Shown here: positions 28,042-38,019 of the stretch, piece by piece
Numbering within the stretch: position 1 is the stretch's first letter
Layout of the letters: every line of letters starts with the position of its first letter
From: Minisyncoccota bacterium
Lineage (GTDB): Bacteria > Patescibacteriota > Minisyncoccia > Phycocordibacterales > PALSA-1337
Assembly: GCA_028713005.1 (NCBI GenBank)
Contig: JAQTPC010000001.1
Location: forward strand, 33,414-97,413
Direction: 5' to 3'
Length of the DNA stretch: 64,000 nucleotides
Notes under the pieces: generated by a model
Database searches by the model: none
Seen by the model: the letters and a program-made list of their open reading frames with translations, nothing else
Told to the model about the DNA's origin: nothing
Program-made: the position numbers and the translations under genes

Positions 28042-28404
28042 CTAAAACGTGTGATATAGGGTGAATCCCGGATCAACAGGAGCTTGTTGCCGGCCAATCA
28101 ACATGAGAGGCTCGACGATCCTGGCTTGCTTTACCTTGAAACCAAAGCAATCTTCGACTCCATGAGGGAATTTATTTTCGCACCACCACTGGGATGCACG
28201 ACGCGATTCAAGCCGAAGAAAAGCGGCAGTTTGCTTTACAACATAAACAGGACAATCTTCAATGCCAGTATGAGTTCCATCACACGCAAAGACACCCACG
28301 ACAGGTAATGTAAGGCCGACCCACACTTTCCGAACCCACTCAGGCACCTTGTCACCATCGGGAATGTCGAGAATTTTAATACTACCCGTGCAATATATCA
28401 TCAT
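28042..28404 (-). CDS. Hypothetical protein, paralog of 27587-27931
   Basis: VPEWVRKVWVGLTLP...YVVKQ..A...L; SD GAAAGGA. Confidence 0.7.
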   Translation of the reverse strand: MMIYCTGSIKILDIPDGDKVPEWVRKVWVGLTLPVVGVFACDGTHTGIEDCPVYVVKQTAAFLRLESRRASQWWCENKFPHGVEDCFGFKVKQARIVEPLMLIGRQQAPVDPGFTLYHTF

Positions 28405-28442
28405 ATAATAAAGATCCTTTCGGAGACCATTAAAGCAACTAC

Positions 28443-28500
28443 ACAGAAAAATCGCAAGGGCAGGCTTGCGATTTTTCTGTTTACTGATTACCGTTTACTG
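28443..28500. repeat. Hairpin ACAGAAAAATCGCAAG/CTTGCGATTTTTCTGT with GTTTACT heptamers (terminator-like), copy 1
   Basis: Near-identical element at 33170-33242. Confidence 0.8.
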
Positions 28501-28773
28501 TTATCTAACATGAACAATCTTCTTGCGAGTGATTGAGTTGTTGAAAGATGTCTTGCGCTTTGTAGAGAATACGACAACGCCATTTTTCATAGCAAAGAGA
28601 GTGTCATCCTTGGCACGAGAAACATTGTCACCTGGGAGAACGTTTGTACCGCGCTGACGAACAATGATCTGACCAGTTGTGATGGTTTGACCATGGTTTA
28701 TCTTGACCCCGAGATACTGAGGATTTGAATCGCGACCGTTTTTTGACGAACCTGCTGCTTTTTTATGTGCCAT
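28501..28773 (-). CDS. rpmA: 50S ribosomal protein L27
   Basis: [16 protein letters not shown]...IIVRQRGT. Confidence 0.98.
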   Translation of the reverse strand: MAHKKAAGSSKNGRDSNPQYLGVKINHGQTITTGQIIVRQRGTNVLPGDNVSRAKDDTLFAMKNGVVVFSTKRKTSFNNSITRKKIVHVR

Positions 28774-29212
28774 AGGAGTTAGTAAATGGGGCTTTTAATT
28801 AGTTAATTTGTTGTCCAAGGAGTGTAACATAGGGCTGTATTACTTGCAAATATCATCCCATACAGGTTTGCTTGAGCTGATTTCCAGGTCAAAAGTAGCT
28901 CAAAATTGGCAAGGGAAGTTTGGAGTAACCATAGTAGCTACCTAGCTAGACGAAAGACTGTATACATGGCTTATTGTATATTTTGTGGCTCAAAATAAGG
29001 GTTATTAAACCTTTCAAAGACTATGCCTGTCAAAAACGACATTGATTCCCCTAGAATGGCTCAAAATAAGGATATTTTGGGTGTAAAATATGGCCTTGTT
29101 GAGCCATATAATCAGTGTAAGGGTCTTGACTTTATTGCCTAGGGGTGCTAATATGTAACGACAAATGAGCTACGGTAAATCTCATGGTTTACTTTAACTC
29201 GTTTTTTAATTT

Positions 29213-29680
29213 ATGATTGAACTTACAACAGGTATAGCGTTTCTCATGTCGTCTTTGTACGGTGGAGCACAAGCTCAGGCCAATACATCGGTAGATATAG
29301 GAACATCTTCGCCAGTAATCGAGCAAAATACTCATACTGAGGCAAGTTTCATCAATTCAAAGGCAGTCGAGGCTTATGTTAAGACTCAGTACGCCGATGA
29401 ACCACTTCTCATCGAAATCGCACGTTGTGAATCGACATTCCGTCAGTTCGACTCAACCGGTAATATTATCCGTGGTAAGGTCAACAACAAGGACGTCGGT
29501 GTCATGCAGATCAATGAAAGATATCACGCAGAGGACTCCGCAAAGCTCGGGTATAACATCTATACCACAGAGGGTAACGTAGCCTTCGGTAGATACCTTT
29601 ACAAGAAGTATGGATCACAACCTTGGATATCATCATCACCATGTTGGTCTTCAGGAACGCAGTTAGCGATAGCAAAGTAA
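29213..29680 (+). CDS. Exported lytic transglycosylase/lysozyme-like protein
   Basis: IARCES (catalytic Glu), GVMQIN, N..FG.YLY..YG..PW..S..CW. Confidence 0.75.
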   Translation: MIELTTGIAFLMSSLYGGAQAQANTSVDIGTSSPVIEQNTHTEASFINSKAVEAYVKTQYADEPLLIEIARCESTFRQFDSTGNIIRGKVNNKDVGVMQINERYHAEDSAKLGYNIYTTEGNVAFGRYLYKKYGSQPWISSSPCWSSGTQLAIAK

Positions 29681-29968
29681 GCTAACGTAACAATTAAAAA
29701 CTCTTAAGAAGAACTCCGGGGCAGAAATGCTTCGGAGTTTTTCTTTTGCGCCACAAATAATTTTACAAAATTTTTATGAGTTGAGCAGGATGATATGAGG
29801 GAAGAGTGCTGAATAAGAACAAATCTGACCGAGCTGTATGCAGGGCGCAATATACTATGCATGTCGCACAATATATCTTTTTTCATTATCATATATACAA
29901 TTCAAGCACTGTATACGGATAAAGAAAAACGCACTGTGTTGAGTGCGCTTCCTTCTTACTTCTTTCTT

Positions 29969-30289
29969 CTAATTTGGTATCGGTACTGGGTTCGGTAGCT
30001 TTGGTGAACTTGTCTGTACATTGGTCGGCTCGCTATTTTTGATCTTGGTCAGGTTGTCTATAGCTGGTTCCCAGATAAGGTTTATAAAGATATCCTTATA
30101 GAGATATGTTGCAGGATTCTTGAGATACTTGTCCCAGACACTGACTGTAGAGGTTGCGACGTAATGTATGTTGTCTTGAGTGACTGGAGAGTCAACCAAA
30201 GTGCGGAGACTGAAGCCATAGTAGCTGAGGACGAGAAGCGCAATGACGATGATGATGATCCACTTGATGAATCCCCTATTGGTAGTCAT
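29969..30289 (-). CDS. Small membrane-anchored protein
   Basis: RGFIKWIIIIVIALLVLSYYGF (pilin-like N-terminal appearance, no E5). Confidence 0.7.
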   Translation of the reverse strand: MTTNRGFIKWIIIIVIALLVLSYYGFSLRTLVDSPVTQDNIHYVATSTVSVWDKYLKNPATYLYKDIFINLIWEPAIDNLTKIKNSEPTNVQTSSPKLPNPVPIPN

Positions 30290-30356
30290 GAGAATAATTT
30301 AGTAGGTAGTAATAGATTTATTATATCACAAGAATATTCAGTATTAGAGGTTCAAC

Positions 30357-31679
30357 CTATAGATACGATAGTGGGTTAAGGTATGCGCTGAAGTCTGCGA
30401 GTGGAATCGTAGCACCACGACAGTTCTTACTGTTGGTAAACTTAGTAATAGCTACACCAGCAGTCGCGTAGACACCGAAGTGTAGATGAGGGCCAGTCGA
30501 ATATCCCGTATTACCACTATAGCCGATAACTGAACCAGTACCCACAACATCTCCTATACGCACATTTTGAACTGAAAGATGAGCATAGAGCGTCGATAGG
30601 CCGTTGGCATGCTTGATCATGATCCATTTACCATATGATTGACAGCCTCGGTATAGATCTGTATTCGCTACTCCTACAACTTCACCGCTTAGTGCAGCTT
30701 TGATTGGTGTGCCGATAGAGACACCGAAGTCGACACCTGTGTGACCCTTACCATTATATATCTGCGGGTTCTTTGTTGAAAAAGCTGTATTGCCAAAATA
30801 CTGTGTGATACGAACCACATCGACCGGATATGAAAGAATATTTTTTCCTGAACTTGGCAACTGGCTACCAGTCACAGTCAGATGTAGAGAATTTTCAAAG
30901 TCCATCATCTCTTGTTCAAAGGCATCTTTTTGAGCTTTCTTTTGATTAAGTATTTTCTGATACTCGGACTGAGATTGTTTAGTATCTTTAAGTAGTTCAT
31001 TTTTTTCTGCAACGGCTGATGCGATTGCACTTTGCTGACCATTTAATTGAGCCTTGAGAGCAGTCAGATCAGCTTGTGCTTGTTGCTTGACCGTTTTGCG
31101 AGTACTCAATGTATCTTTTGTTTTTTTGAGATGTGAAATGTCTGTGAGTAAGCCATCCGTCAAAATACCAAGTTTATTGAGCGAGTCCCATGTTTCAGAG
31201 ATAGAACTTTTAGCCAAAATGATTTCAGGCAAGCTCTGGTCACTGTGCTGATTGAGTACACTAAATGCGCTACTGATCGCACGTCGATCAGCTGAAACAG
31301 TCAGTTCTGTATCTGATATCTGAGAATTTAACCCTTGTATGGCAATATTTGCGGCAGTGATCTTGTCCTCAGTGAGCTTAATCTGCGCTGAGAGCTTCTT
31401 TTTTGTGAGATCAAGAGATTTAATTGTCGAGCTGAGCGAACTTGCCTGTGTACTCAGTGAATTGAGTTGACTTTCATATTGAGCAATCTCTTTTTCAAGG
31501 GCTTTGATATCCGCTCCACGTTGATCAATCTTGGTCTGCAGTTCGAGGACCTTTGGGTCTACCGTGGGAGCAGGAGTATCGCCTGGCTCGGCATACGCGA
31601 CTGAGCCAAAAGCTATCACCAGGATGGCGTACAGGAATAGATTGAGTGAAAATAGACGGAATATTTTCATATTATCCAT
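30357..31679 (-). CDS. M23 family peptidoglycan endopeptidase with coiled coil
   Basis: HTGVDF, LYAHLS, GNTGYSTGPHLHF; signal peptide plus long coiled coil. Confidence 0.92.
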   Translation of the reverse strand: MDNMKIFRLFSLNLFLYAILVIAFGSVAYAEPGDTPAPTVDPKVLELQTKIDQRGADIKALEKEIAQYESQLNSLSTQASSLSSTIKSLDLTKKKLSAQIKLTEDKITAANIAIQGLNSQISDTELTVSADRRAISSAFSVLNQHSDQSLPEIILAKSSISETWDSLNKLGILTDGLLTDISHLKKTKDTLSTRKTVKQQAQADLTALKAQLNGQQSAIASAVAEKNELLKDTKQSQSEYQKILNQKKAQKDAFEQEMMDFENSLHLTVTGSQLPSSGKNILSYPVDVVRITQYFGNTAFSTKNPQIYNGKGHTGVDFGVSIGTPIKAALSGEVVGVANTDLYRGCQSYGKWIMIKHANGLSTLYAHLSVQNVRIGDVVGTGSVIGYSGNTGYSTGPHLHFGVYATAGVAITKFTNSKNCRGATIPLADFSAYLNPLSYL

Positions 31680-31684
31680 ACATG

Positions 31685-33160
31685 TTACTGAGACGGCGTA
31701 TTTAGTTTTTCAAGTGCAACAGATAGACGTTTTAACGATTCATCTTTGCCAAGAATATATGAAGATACAAATGGATCTGGTGATTTTTCCTTGCCCGTAA
31801 CAGCGACACGGAATGGCCATAAAACATCACCTTTACCATTGGCTTCAACATATGGCCATACGGCATTTTTTATTCCTTCAGCAGTAAATAAATCAGTAGA
31901 AATAGAGTTGAGCTGTGAGTGGATCTCGGCAATATGTTTTTTTGTTATTTCTTTATCAGGATTTTTCTTCCATAAAAGTTGACTAGCAGGGTAGTCTGAT
32001 AGCGCTTTCACAAAACTCAACTCCCCTTCCCCATCGAACAGTTTTGGTGCGTCACCAAGAGTGACGATTTTTTCTTTAATGAGCGGTAACGTACGTTCAT
32101 CTACTAAACTCTTTTGAGCAGAATCTAAAAATGACTCGAGACGTATAAGCAGTTCTTGATCAGACATTTTTGCTATATGTTCTCGGTTGAACCAGCCTAG
32201 CTTTTCTTCATTGAATACTCCCCCACTCTTTTGTACTTTAGCGACATCAAAAACTGACTTGAGCTCTGTCATAGTGAATACTTCTTGCTCAGTGCCCGGA
32301 TTCCAACCAATCAAGGCAAGTATATTGAGCATGGCCTCTGGCAAATATCCTTCAGCTTTGTATTCGAGTATGTCTTTTGCGCCATCACGCTTGCCAAGTT
32401 TCTTGGTCTTATCATCACGCAGGATAGGTGGCAGTGTAGCAAAGATAGGTGGCATAAGGCCAAGCGCTTCATATAAGCTCAGGTATTTTGGTGTACTCGA
32501 AATGAACTCTTCTCCACGAAGTATATGCGTCACGCCCATCTCATGATCGTCGATGATGTGAGCGAAATTATATGTGGGATATCCATCACTCTTCATGATG
32601 ATAAAATCATCTTGAGCTTCTTCTCCAGCTTGGAGATCACCACGAACCACATCATGCCAGTGTGAACGTGCGATAGTTGGCGTCTTGAGACGAAGCGGTT
32701 TGGTGCCATCCCATGGGGCTTTCATAAGCTCATCACTTGGACGATGGTTACGGTATAGGAAAGGTCTCTTTGCCATGTCAGCCTCGGCACGAAAAGCGGC
32801 AAGCTCTTCTGCTGTGTATGGATCAGGATATGCAAGGCCTTTTGCGACTAACTCGAGTGCGTATTTTTTGTATATTGAAAGTCGCTCAGACTGTATACAT
32901 GAACCAAAAGGGCCTGGTTTATCTGGTCCAAAATCCCACTCAATACCCAACCATGAAAGCGAATCTTGGATATGTTTGACTGAACCCGCAACTTCACGTT
33001 CTTTGTCGGTATCTTCTATGCGCAATATGAATGTGCCCTTGTTTTTACGTGCTAAAAGATAGGCAAAAAGAGCTGTGCGAACGCCACCAATATGCATAAA
33101 ACCAGTTGGTGAAGGAGCGAAACGCGTAACAATAGGTTTTGAACTGGATTCAGGGGTCAT
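31685..33160 (-). CDS. gltX: Glutamate--tRNA ligase
   Basis: RFAPSPTGFMHIGG, LRIEDTD, THILRGEE, KLGKR. Confidence 0.97.
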   Translation of the reverse strand: MTPESSSKPIVTRFAPSPTGFMHIGGVRTALFAYLLARKNKGTFILRIEDTDKEREVAGSVKHIQDSLSWLGIEWDFGPDKPGPFGSCIQSERLSIYKKYALELVAKGLAYPDPYTAEELAAFRAEADMAKRPFLYRNHRPSDELMKAPWDGTKPLRLKTPTIARSHWHDVVRGDLQAGEEAQDDFIIMKSDGYPTYNFAHIIDDHEMGVTHILRGEEFISSTPKYLSLYEALGLMPPIFATLPPILRDDKTKKLGKRDGAKDILEYKAEGYLPEAMLNILALIGWNPGTEQEVFTMTELKSVFDVAKVQKSGGVFNEEKLGWFNREHIAKMSDQELLIRLESFLDSAQKSLVDERTLPLIKEKIVTLGDAPKLFDGEGELSFVKALSDYPASQLLWKKNPDKEITKKHIAEIHSQLNSISTDLFTAEGIKNAVWPYVEANGKGDVLWPFRVAVTGKEKSPDPFVSSYILGKDESLKRLSVALEKLNTPSQ

Positions 33161-33169
33161 TTACTAATT

Positions 33170-33242
33170 GTAAACGGTAAACAGTAATTAGTAAACAGAA
33201 AATCGCAAGGTTCGCTTGCGATTTTCTGTTTACTGTTTACCG
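33170..33242. repeat. GTAAACA-heptamer hairpin element, copy 2
   Basis: AGTAAACAGAAAATCGCAAG/CTTGCGATTTTCTGTTTACT. Confidence 0.8.
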
Positions 33243-33256
33243 ATCTCTATCTACTA

Positions 33257-33763
33257 CTACCCCTTGATCTGAGCTCCTGCAGCTGATGAAGCGTGGAAAA
33301 CCTTCATAATGATATTTCCGTTTGCATCCTTGAGAGGAAGATCAAGCGTTGCATCAAACTTTTTATCACCATTATCAGAATGCATCATAGCGTAATATGT
33401 CACTCCATCAACCATTGGCTGTGTGAGGGTGATCTTGCCTGGACTAATACCAGCTACAAAATACATCTGTCCAATAATCTTACCTGGTGTACCTGCATTG
33501 TCTGCATGGATAACTACCCAACCTGGATTCTCAAACTGTGCTGAGTTGAGATAAACGACATTACCTGGATACTGATCACCCATAACAACACGATTGAGTG
33601 CGCCTGGTGTGTTTGAAGTATCATCTGTTGCGATAGCGTTTTGATCTGAAGGCAAAGAAGCACTCTTGCCACCAAATACCCAGATACCGATGATAATAAG
33701 GACAATGATAACCACTACTGTAACTACCCACTGCCATGTCTTGATACCGCTTTGAGGTTGCAT
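33257..33763 (-). CDS. Membrane-anchored beta-domain protein (DUF7282-like)
   Basis: N-terminal TM; GWVVIH...PG.IIG, YYAMMHSDNGD..FD. Confidence 0.6.
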   Translation of the reverse strand: MQPQSGIKTWQWVVTVVVIIVLIIIGIWVFGGKSASLPSDQNAIATDDTSNTPGALNRVVMGDQYPGNVVYLNSAQFENPGWVVIHADNAGTPGKIIGQMYFVAGISPGKITLTQPMVDGVTYYAMMHSDNGDKKFDATLDLPLKDANGNIIMKVFHASSAAGAQIKG

Positions 33764-33872
33764 ATTAGTATTAATTAAATTTATACGTTAATAAAATTCG
33801 ACTGTGTTTAGACTCATATTCTACACCCGCACCACCCTAAGTACAAGGTTTACAAAAGACTTAAAGTAAGCC

Positions 33873-35009
33873 CTACTTTTCATGTTCAAGGCCTATACTG
33901 AGTATGGCTTCTGCTATAAGTGATGCACTATCAAGCCGTGAGAAAGCCTTAGCTCTTTCACTCATTGTTTTACTGATAGCCTGGGATCCAACTATACGGT
34001 TGATCTCACCAATGAGTACATGTGGTGTAAGGTTATTTTCTTCGACAACAGAGGCAGCTCCTGTTGAAGCATAGGCAAATGCGTTGGCCGTTTGATCATG
34101 ACTGATAGAGCTTGGCAAAGGGATAATTATCGATGGCACACCCCATGAAGCAATTTCAAATATTGTTGACCCAGCTCTTGATACGATAATCGTAGCCGCT
34201 CCAGTCGACATACGCAGCGCTAGCTCATCAAGATAATCAAAAGGATGATATCGGTAACTGTACGGATGATCCTTGAGCGTTATGTTTGTGGTTGACTGTA
34301 TCTCTGCTAGATTTGCTCGTCCAGTCTGATGGATGATCTGGTATTTATTGAGAAGTTCAGGTAAGGCCTGAAGTATGACATCATTGATGTTTTGTGAACC
34401 TTGAGAACCACCGAGAACAAGAATAACAGGTATATTTTGCTCAAGATTTAAAAATTCAAATGCACCATTTTTGAGTGGCTGAGCAATCTCTGCACGGATA
34501 GGATTGCCGGTATATGCAATACGAGTTTTATCCTTTATTTTGAAAAAATCAGTAGCAGATGGGTACGACAAGGCTATGCGTCTCGCAAATTTCCCTGCCC
34601 ATAGATTTGCTCTACCGGGATGACTATCTGATTCATGCACCACTACAGGAATACCGAGAATACGTGCAGCCAAGAGTGGCGGGAAGCTCGTATAGCCACC
34701 CTTACTGAACACCACGTCAGGATAGATAGAAAACATCTTTATGAGTGCTATAAAACAACCAGATACTGTTTTGAAAGCATCAGTAAAATTGAGTACAGAA
34801 AAATAACGACGAATCTTTCCTGCAGGTACATACACATACTCGATCTCATTATCAAATAAAGCTCGGGGGTTGTACTTGGCTGGCGCCATAAAGAAAAACT
34901 GTGGCGGTAAAACCTTCTTTTCTTTTGCATGCTCACGAATGGCTTGTGCTACAGCGATGATCGGGTAAAAGTGGCCTCCTGTGCCTCCGCCAGTAAATAG
35001 GATTTTCAT
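33873..35009 (-). CDS. murG: Undecaprenyl-PP-MurNAc-pentapeptide GlcNAc transferase
   Basis: GGGTGGHFYP, SKGGY, HESD, GNPIR, GGSQGS, SRAG, HQ..NA. Confidence 0.97.
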   Translation of the reverse strand: MKILFTGGGTGGHFYPIIAVAQAIREHAKEKKVLPPQFFFMAPAKYNPRALFDNEIEYVYVPAGKIRRYFSVLNFTDAFKTVSGCFIALIKMFSIYPDVVFSKGGYTSFPPLLAARILGIPVVVHESDSHPGRANLWAGKFARRIALSYPSATDFFKIKDKTRIAYTGNPIRAEIAQPLKNGAFEFLNLEQNIPVILVLGGSQGSQNINDVILQALPELLNKYQIIHQTGRANLAEIQSTTNITLKDHPYSYRYHPFDYLDELALRMSTGAATIIVSRAGSTIFEIASWGVPSIIIPLPSSISHDQTANAFAYASTGAASVVEENNLTPHVLIGEINRIVGSQAISKTMSERAKAFSRLDSASLIAEAILSIGLEHEK

Positions 35010-35055
35010 GGGATTATTTTAACATAATTTACTACATTCGTTGATTCGCAACATA

Positions 35056-36156
35056 TTATCCTTTTGCGTATCTCGATACATTTGCCAGAACCCCTGCTGC
35101 AGCAAGGATAATAATAAGCGCTGTACCACCATGGGATACGAACAATAGTGGTACACCAGAAAGCGGCACAATGCCGAGCATTGCTGACATATTCAAAAAT
35201 GATTCAGTGATAATGAGTACACCGATACCAACTGCAATCATACTTCCAAAAAGATCAGGTGCTTTGCCTGCAATTCGAAATGCACTTGCAATAATGAGCA
35301 GATAGAGACCGACGAGTAATGTGCTACCAATGAAACCGAATTCTTCACTTGCAACCGCAAAAATTGAGTCGTCAGTCGGTTGTGGTAGATATCCGAACTT
35401 TTGAATACTTTGTCCGAATCCTCGCCCTGTTATCTCTCCTGAGCCAATAGCAATGAGTGATTGGTTGATCTGATATCCCGCTCCTCTCGTATCACTACCA
35501 CCGGTAAAGAATGTTTGCACGCGTTGATACGCATACGGGCGCAAAAGAACTACAGAGACAACTACAAGTGCAAGCACTCCTCCTGCCATAGCCATATGTT
35601 TTATAGGCATACCAGCGATCAACAGCATAACTACGCCAGTAAAAGCAATAATGAGAAACGTATCAGTATCAGACTGAGCAAGTAATAATCCTCCAAGAAT
35701 AGCAGTAATCACTAAATAGGGCGCGAGACCAAACTTTAATGTCGATATCTTATCTTTTGCAAACTGTATCCAGGCAGCTAGATATATGATAAATGCAATC
35801 TTCAAAAATTCTGACGGCTGGAATGAAAGTGGGCCAATATTGATCCAGCGCGCAGCACCACCGTGAAATAGACTCAAGCTTGGGATAAATAGAAGCAGGT
35901 TAATAGCTATTGCACCAAGAAATATAAATAAAGCAGTTTTTCGTAGATATGTATACTTGAGTCGAGAGAAGAAAAAGAATGCTGTAATACCAATAACCAA
36001 ACTTATGATTTGCTTTGTAGCTACAGTAACAAAACTCACTCCGTCTTGTGTGAGCAATCCAAGAGAAGCGGAAAGGAATATGACAAAACCAACCAGAGTG
36101 AGAGCTCCTATAGATAAAAGAAAGAAACGGTCTATGTGTCCAACACGCGATAACAT
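35056..36156 (-). CDS. ftsW: SEDS family cell-division protein FtsW
   Basis: GAARWI, FQPSEFLK, GYQI.QS.IAIGSG, EEFGFIG, GVPLLFVSHGG; upstream of murG. Confidence 0.88.
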   Translation of the reverse strand: MLSRVGHIDRFFLLSIGALTLVGFVIFLSASLGLLTQDGVSFVTVATKQIISLVIGITAFFFFSRLKYTYLRKTALFIFLGAIAINLLLFIPSLSLFHGGAARWINIGPLSFQPSEFLKIAFIIYLAAWIQFAKDKISTLKFGLAPYLVITAILGGLLLAQSDTDTFLIIAFTGVVMLLIAGMPIKHMAMAGGVLALVVVSVVLLRPYAYQRVQTFFTGGSDTRGAGYQINQSLIAIGSGEITGRGFGQSIQKFGYLPQPTDDSIFAVASEEFGFIGSTLLVGLYLLIIASAFRIAGKAPDLFGSMIAVGIGVLIITESFLNMSAMLGIVPLSGVPLLFVSHGGTALIIILAAAGVLANVSRYAKG

Positions 36157-36812
36157 TATGCTCCTATTGTAGCACCGTTTAATGCAGGTTCAGTATCTGT
36201 GGATTGCTGAGTTTCAGTGTTCTGAGCTGGTTCTGCAGTCTGATTCTTGAATGACTCAATATCTGCTCGAACTTTTTCATATTCAGGCAATTCTTCTATT
36301 TTTGAAATACCGAGATGAGCGAGGAGATCCAAAGTAGTTTTGTAAAGAAAACTACGAGCATCTTTTGGATTATCGACACGTTCAACAAGACCACGGATAA
36401 GGAGGTTACGGACGATGAACTGAGAATTGACACCACGGATATAGTCTATGTCTGCACGCGAGATTGGCCCTTGGTAGAGGATGATTGAAAGGGTTTCAAG
36501 ACCAGCTTTGCCAAGGTCACGAGTAAGCTCTTCTTTGGTGAGCTTTTCGATGAGTGGCGAGAGTTCCTTGGCTGTACCAAGCATAACTTCAGTGTCAGTT
36601 TGCACAAGGGAAAGTCCCCTGCCCTGTAGTGTTTTTTCTAGCTCTATGAGGCCAACTTTTATTTGTTCTTCAGTTACTTTTACACCTTCAGTTGTGCCTG
36701 CCTGCGCAGGCAGGTCGGTTTTTTCTATTGAAAGTAATTGTGCTAGTTTTTTGAACGTAACTGGTTCGGCTTTCCAAAAAAGGATAGCTTCGAGTTGTTG
36801 AGAAAGATTCAT
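36156..36812 (-). CDS. scpB: SMC-Scp complex subunit ScpB
   Basis: LEAILF, LETLSIILY.GP.SRADIDYIRGVNS, LYKTT...LPE. Confidence 0.93.
   Translation of the reverse strand: MNLSQQLEAILFWKAEPVTFKKLAQLLSIEKTDLPAQAGTTEGVKVTEEQIKVGLIELEKTLQGRGLSLVQTDTEVMLGTAKELSPLIEKLTKEELTRDLGKAGLETLSIILYQGPISRADIDYIRGVNSQFIVRNLLIRGLVERVDNPKDARSFLYKTTLDLLAHLGISKIEELPEYEKVRADIESFKNQTAEPAQNTETQQSTDTEPALNGATIGA
36697..36714. repeat. Perfect 18-bp palindrome CCTGCCTGCGCAGGCAGG inside scpB
   Basis: Self-complementary, GC-rich in AT-rich context, frame-preserving (reads D-LPAQAG). Confidence 0.8.
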
Positions 36813-36886
36813 GAGTTGTATTTTAACACTTTTTACACATAAAAAAAGCCAGACTCTACGTCTGACTTTGCGAAACCCATAATTAA

Positions 36887-37198
36887 TTACAGTTGTGCGA
36901 TTCTTGAGGGTTCCTTTCGGATCGCTTCGGCAATACGATGAATAGTGTATTGATTAGAGTGACACCAAAATCTTTTACCCATTTCATTTTGTAAAAGCAT
37001 CACATAGACGCACAAATGGCGCGGTGCAACTTCATCTGATAGTGCCCACCCGATAACTTTCCATCCACTTTCAAAATCGTGCATTCTAGTAAGAGTGTCG
37101 ATGCTCACATCTAACTCTCTTGCACATGTCTCAAGGGTAAAATGAACTGGTTTTATACGTGGAATGACCGCTTCGTCTTTTGCTTCAGCACGTCTCAT
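36887..37198 (-). CDS. Hypothetical protein (orphan) between scpA and scpB
   Basis: SD GAAAGGAG, upstream TTGACA, downstream hairpin. Confidence 0.65.
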   Translation of the reverse strand: MRRAEAKDEAVIPRIKPVHFTLETCARELDVSIDTLTRMHDFESGWKVIGWALSDEVAPRHLCVYVMLLQNEMGKRFWCHSNQYTIHRIAEAIRKEPSRIAQL

Positions 37199-37272
37199 AA
37201 AATAATCTCCTTTCAGACATTATAAAAGCAAATTATTTAGCTTATGTCAATATACACCTAAAAATAACAAAT

Positions 37273-38019
37273 CTAATACCTCGGCACGCCAACTTCTTTT
37301 GTCTCCATTTGTATATCAGAAAAAGCAGACTCCTGAGTGACATGCACTATTCCCTGCTTGACGAGCTCAAGCATAGCGAGAAAGCTCACAATAAAGTTAA
37401 CCTTATTTTCTCTATGTTCACCCGCAAAGCTCTTGAAACTCATCCTCAATTGCCCTTGAATACGCTGGGTCAGAGTGCCAATCATATCTTCGAGACTAAT
37501 AACTTTTTGCACAACAACCTGGGGCAACTTTTCTTTCTTTGGTAAACGACCGATCAAATCTTTCAAAAGTGATAAGCTTTTCTCGAGAGTGAATTCGGTA
37601 TCAGGTGCGAAAACAGGAGTCACTGGTCGGGCATGAGACTGTGAAAAAATAGCATTACCGCCAAACAAGGCCTGTACACCCTTACTTGCTTCTTTTATCC
37701 TTTGGTATATCTTGAGGCGTGTTTCAAGATGATGAATATCGCCTTTTTCTTCCTCTGTAAGATTGAGTTCTGGTAAAAGTGACTTTGACTTGATCAAAAG
37801 TAGCGTCGAAGCAATCAAGATAAAATGCGCCGACTCACCCATGGGCATATTTTCAAACTGCTGGATATGTGCGATAAAATCATCAGTTACTTTTGCGAGA
37901 GAAATATCGTTTATAAAAAGCTTCCTCTTTTCTATGAGATCAAGAAGGAGGTCGAGGGGCCCTTCAAAAGTTTGGGTTTTTATCTTGAACTGATCATTGT
38001 TCATTGTGTTATTGATCAT
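37273..38019 (-). CDS. scpA: Segregation and condensation protein A
   Basis: FEGPLDLLLDLI, LLLIKSKSLLP, FLAMLELVK. Confidence 0.93.
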   Translation of the reverse strand: MINNTMNNDQFKIKTQTFEGPLDLLLDLIEKRKLFINDISLAKVTDDFIAHIQQFENMPMGESAHFILIASTLLLIKSKSLLPELNLTEEEKGDIHHLETRLKIYQRIKEASKGVQALFGGNAIFSQSHARPVTPVFAPDTEFTLEKSLSLLKDLIGRLPKKEKLPQVVVQKVISLEDMIGTLTQRIQGQLRMSFKSFAGEHRENKVNFIVSFLAMLELVKQGIVHVTQESAFSDIQMETKEVGVPRY

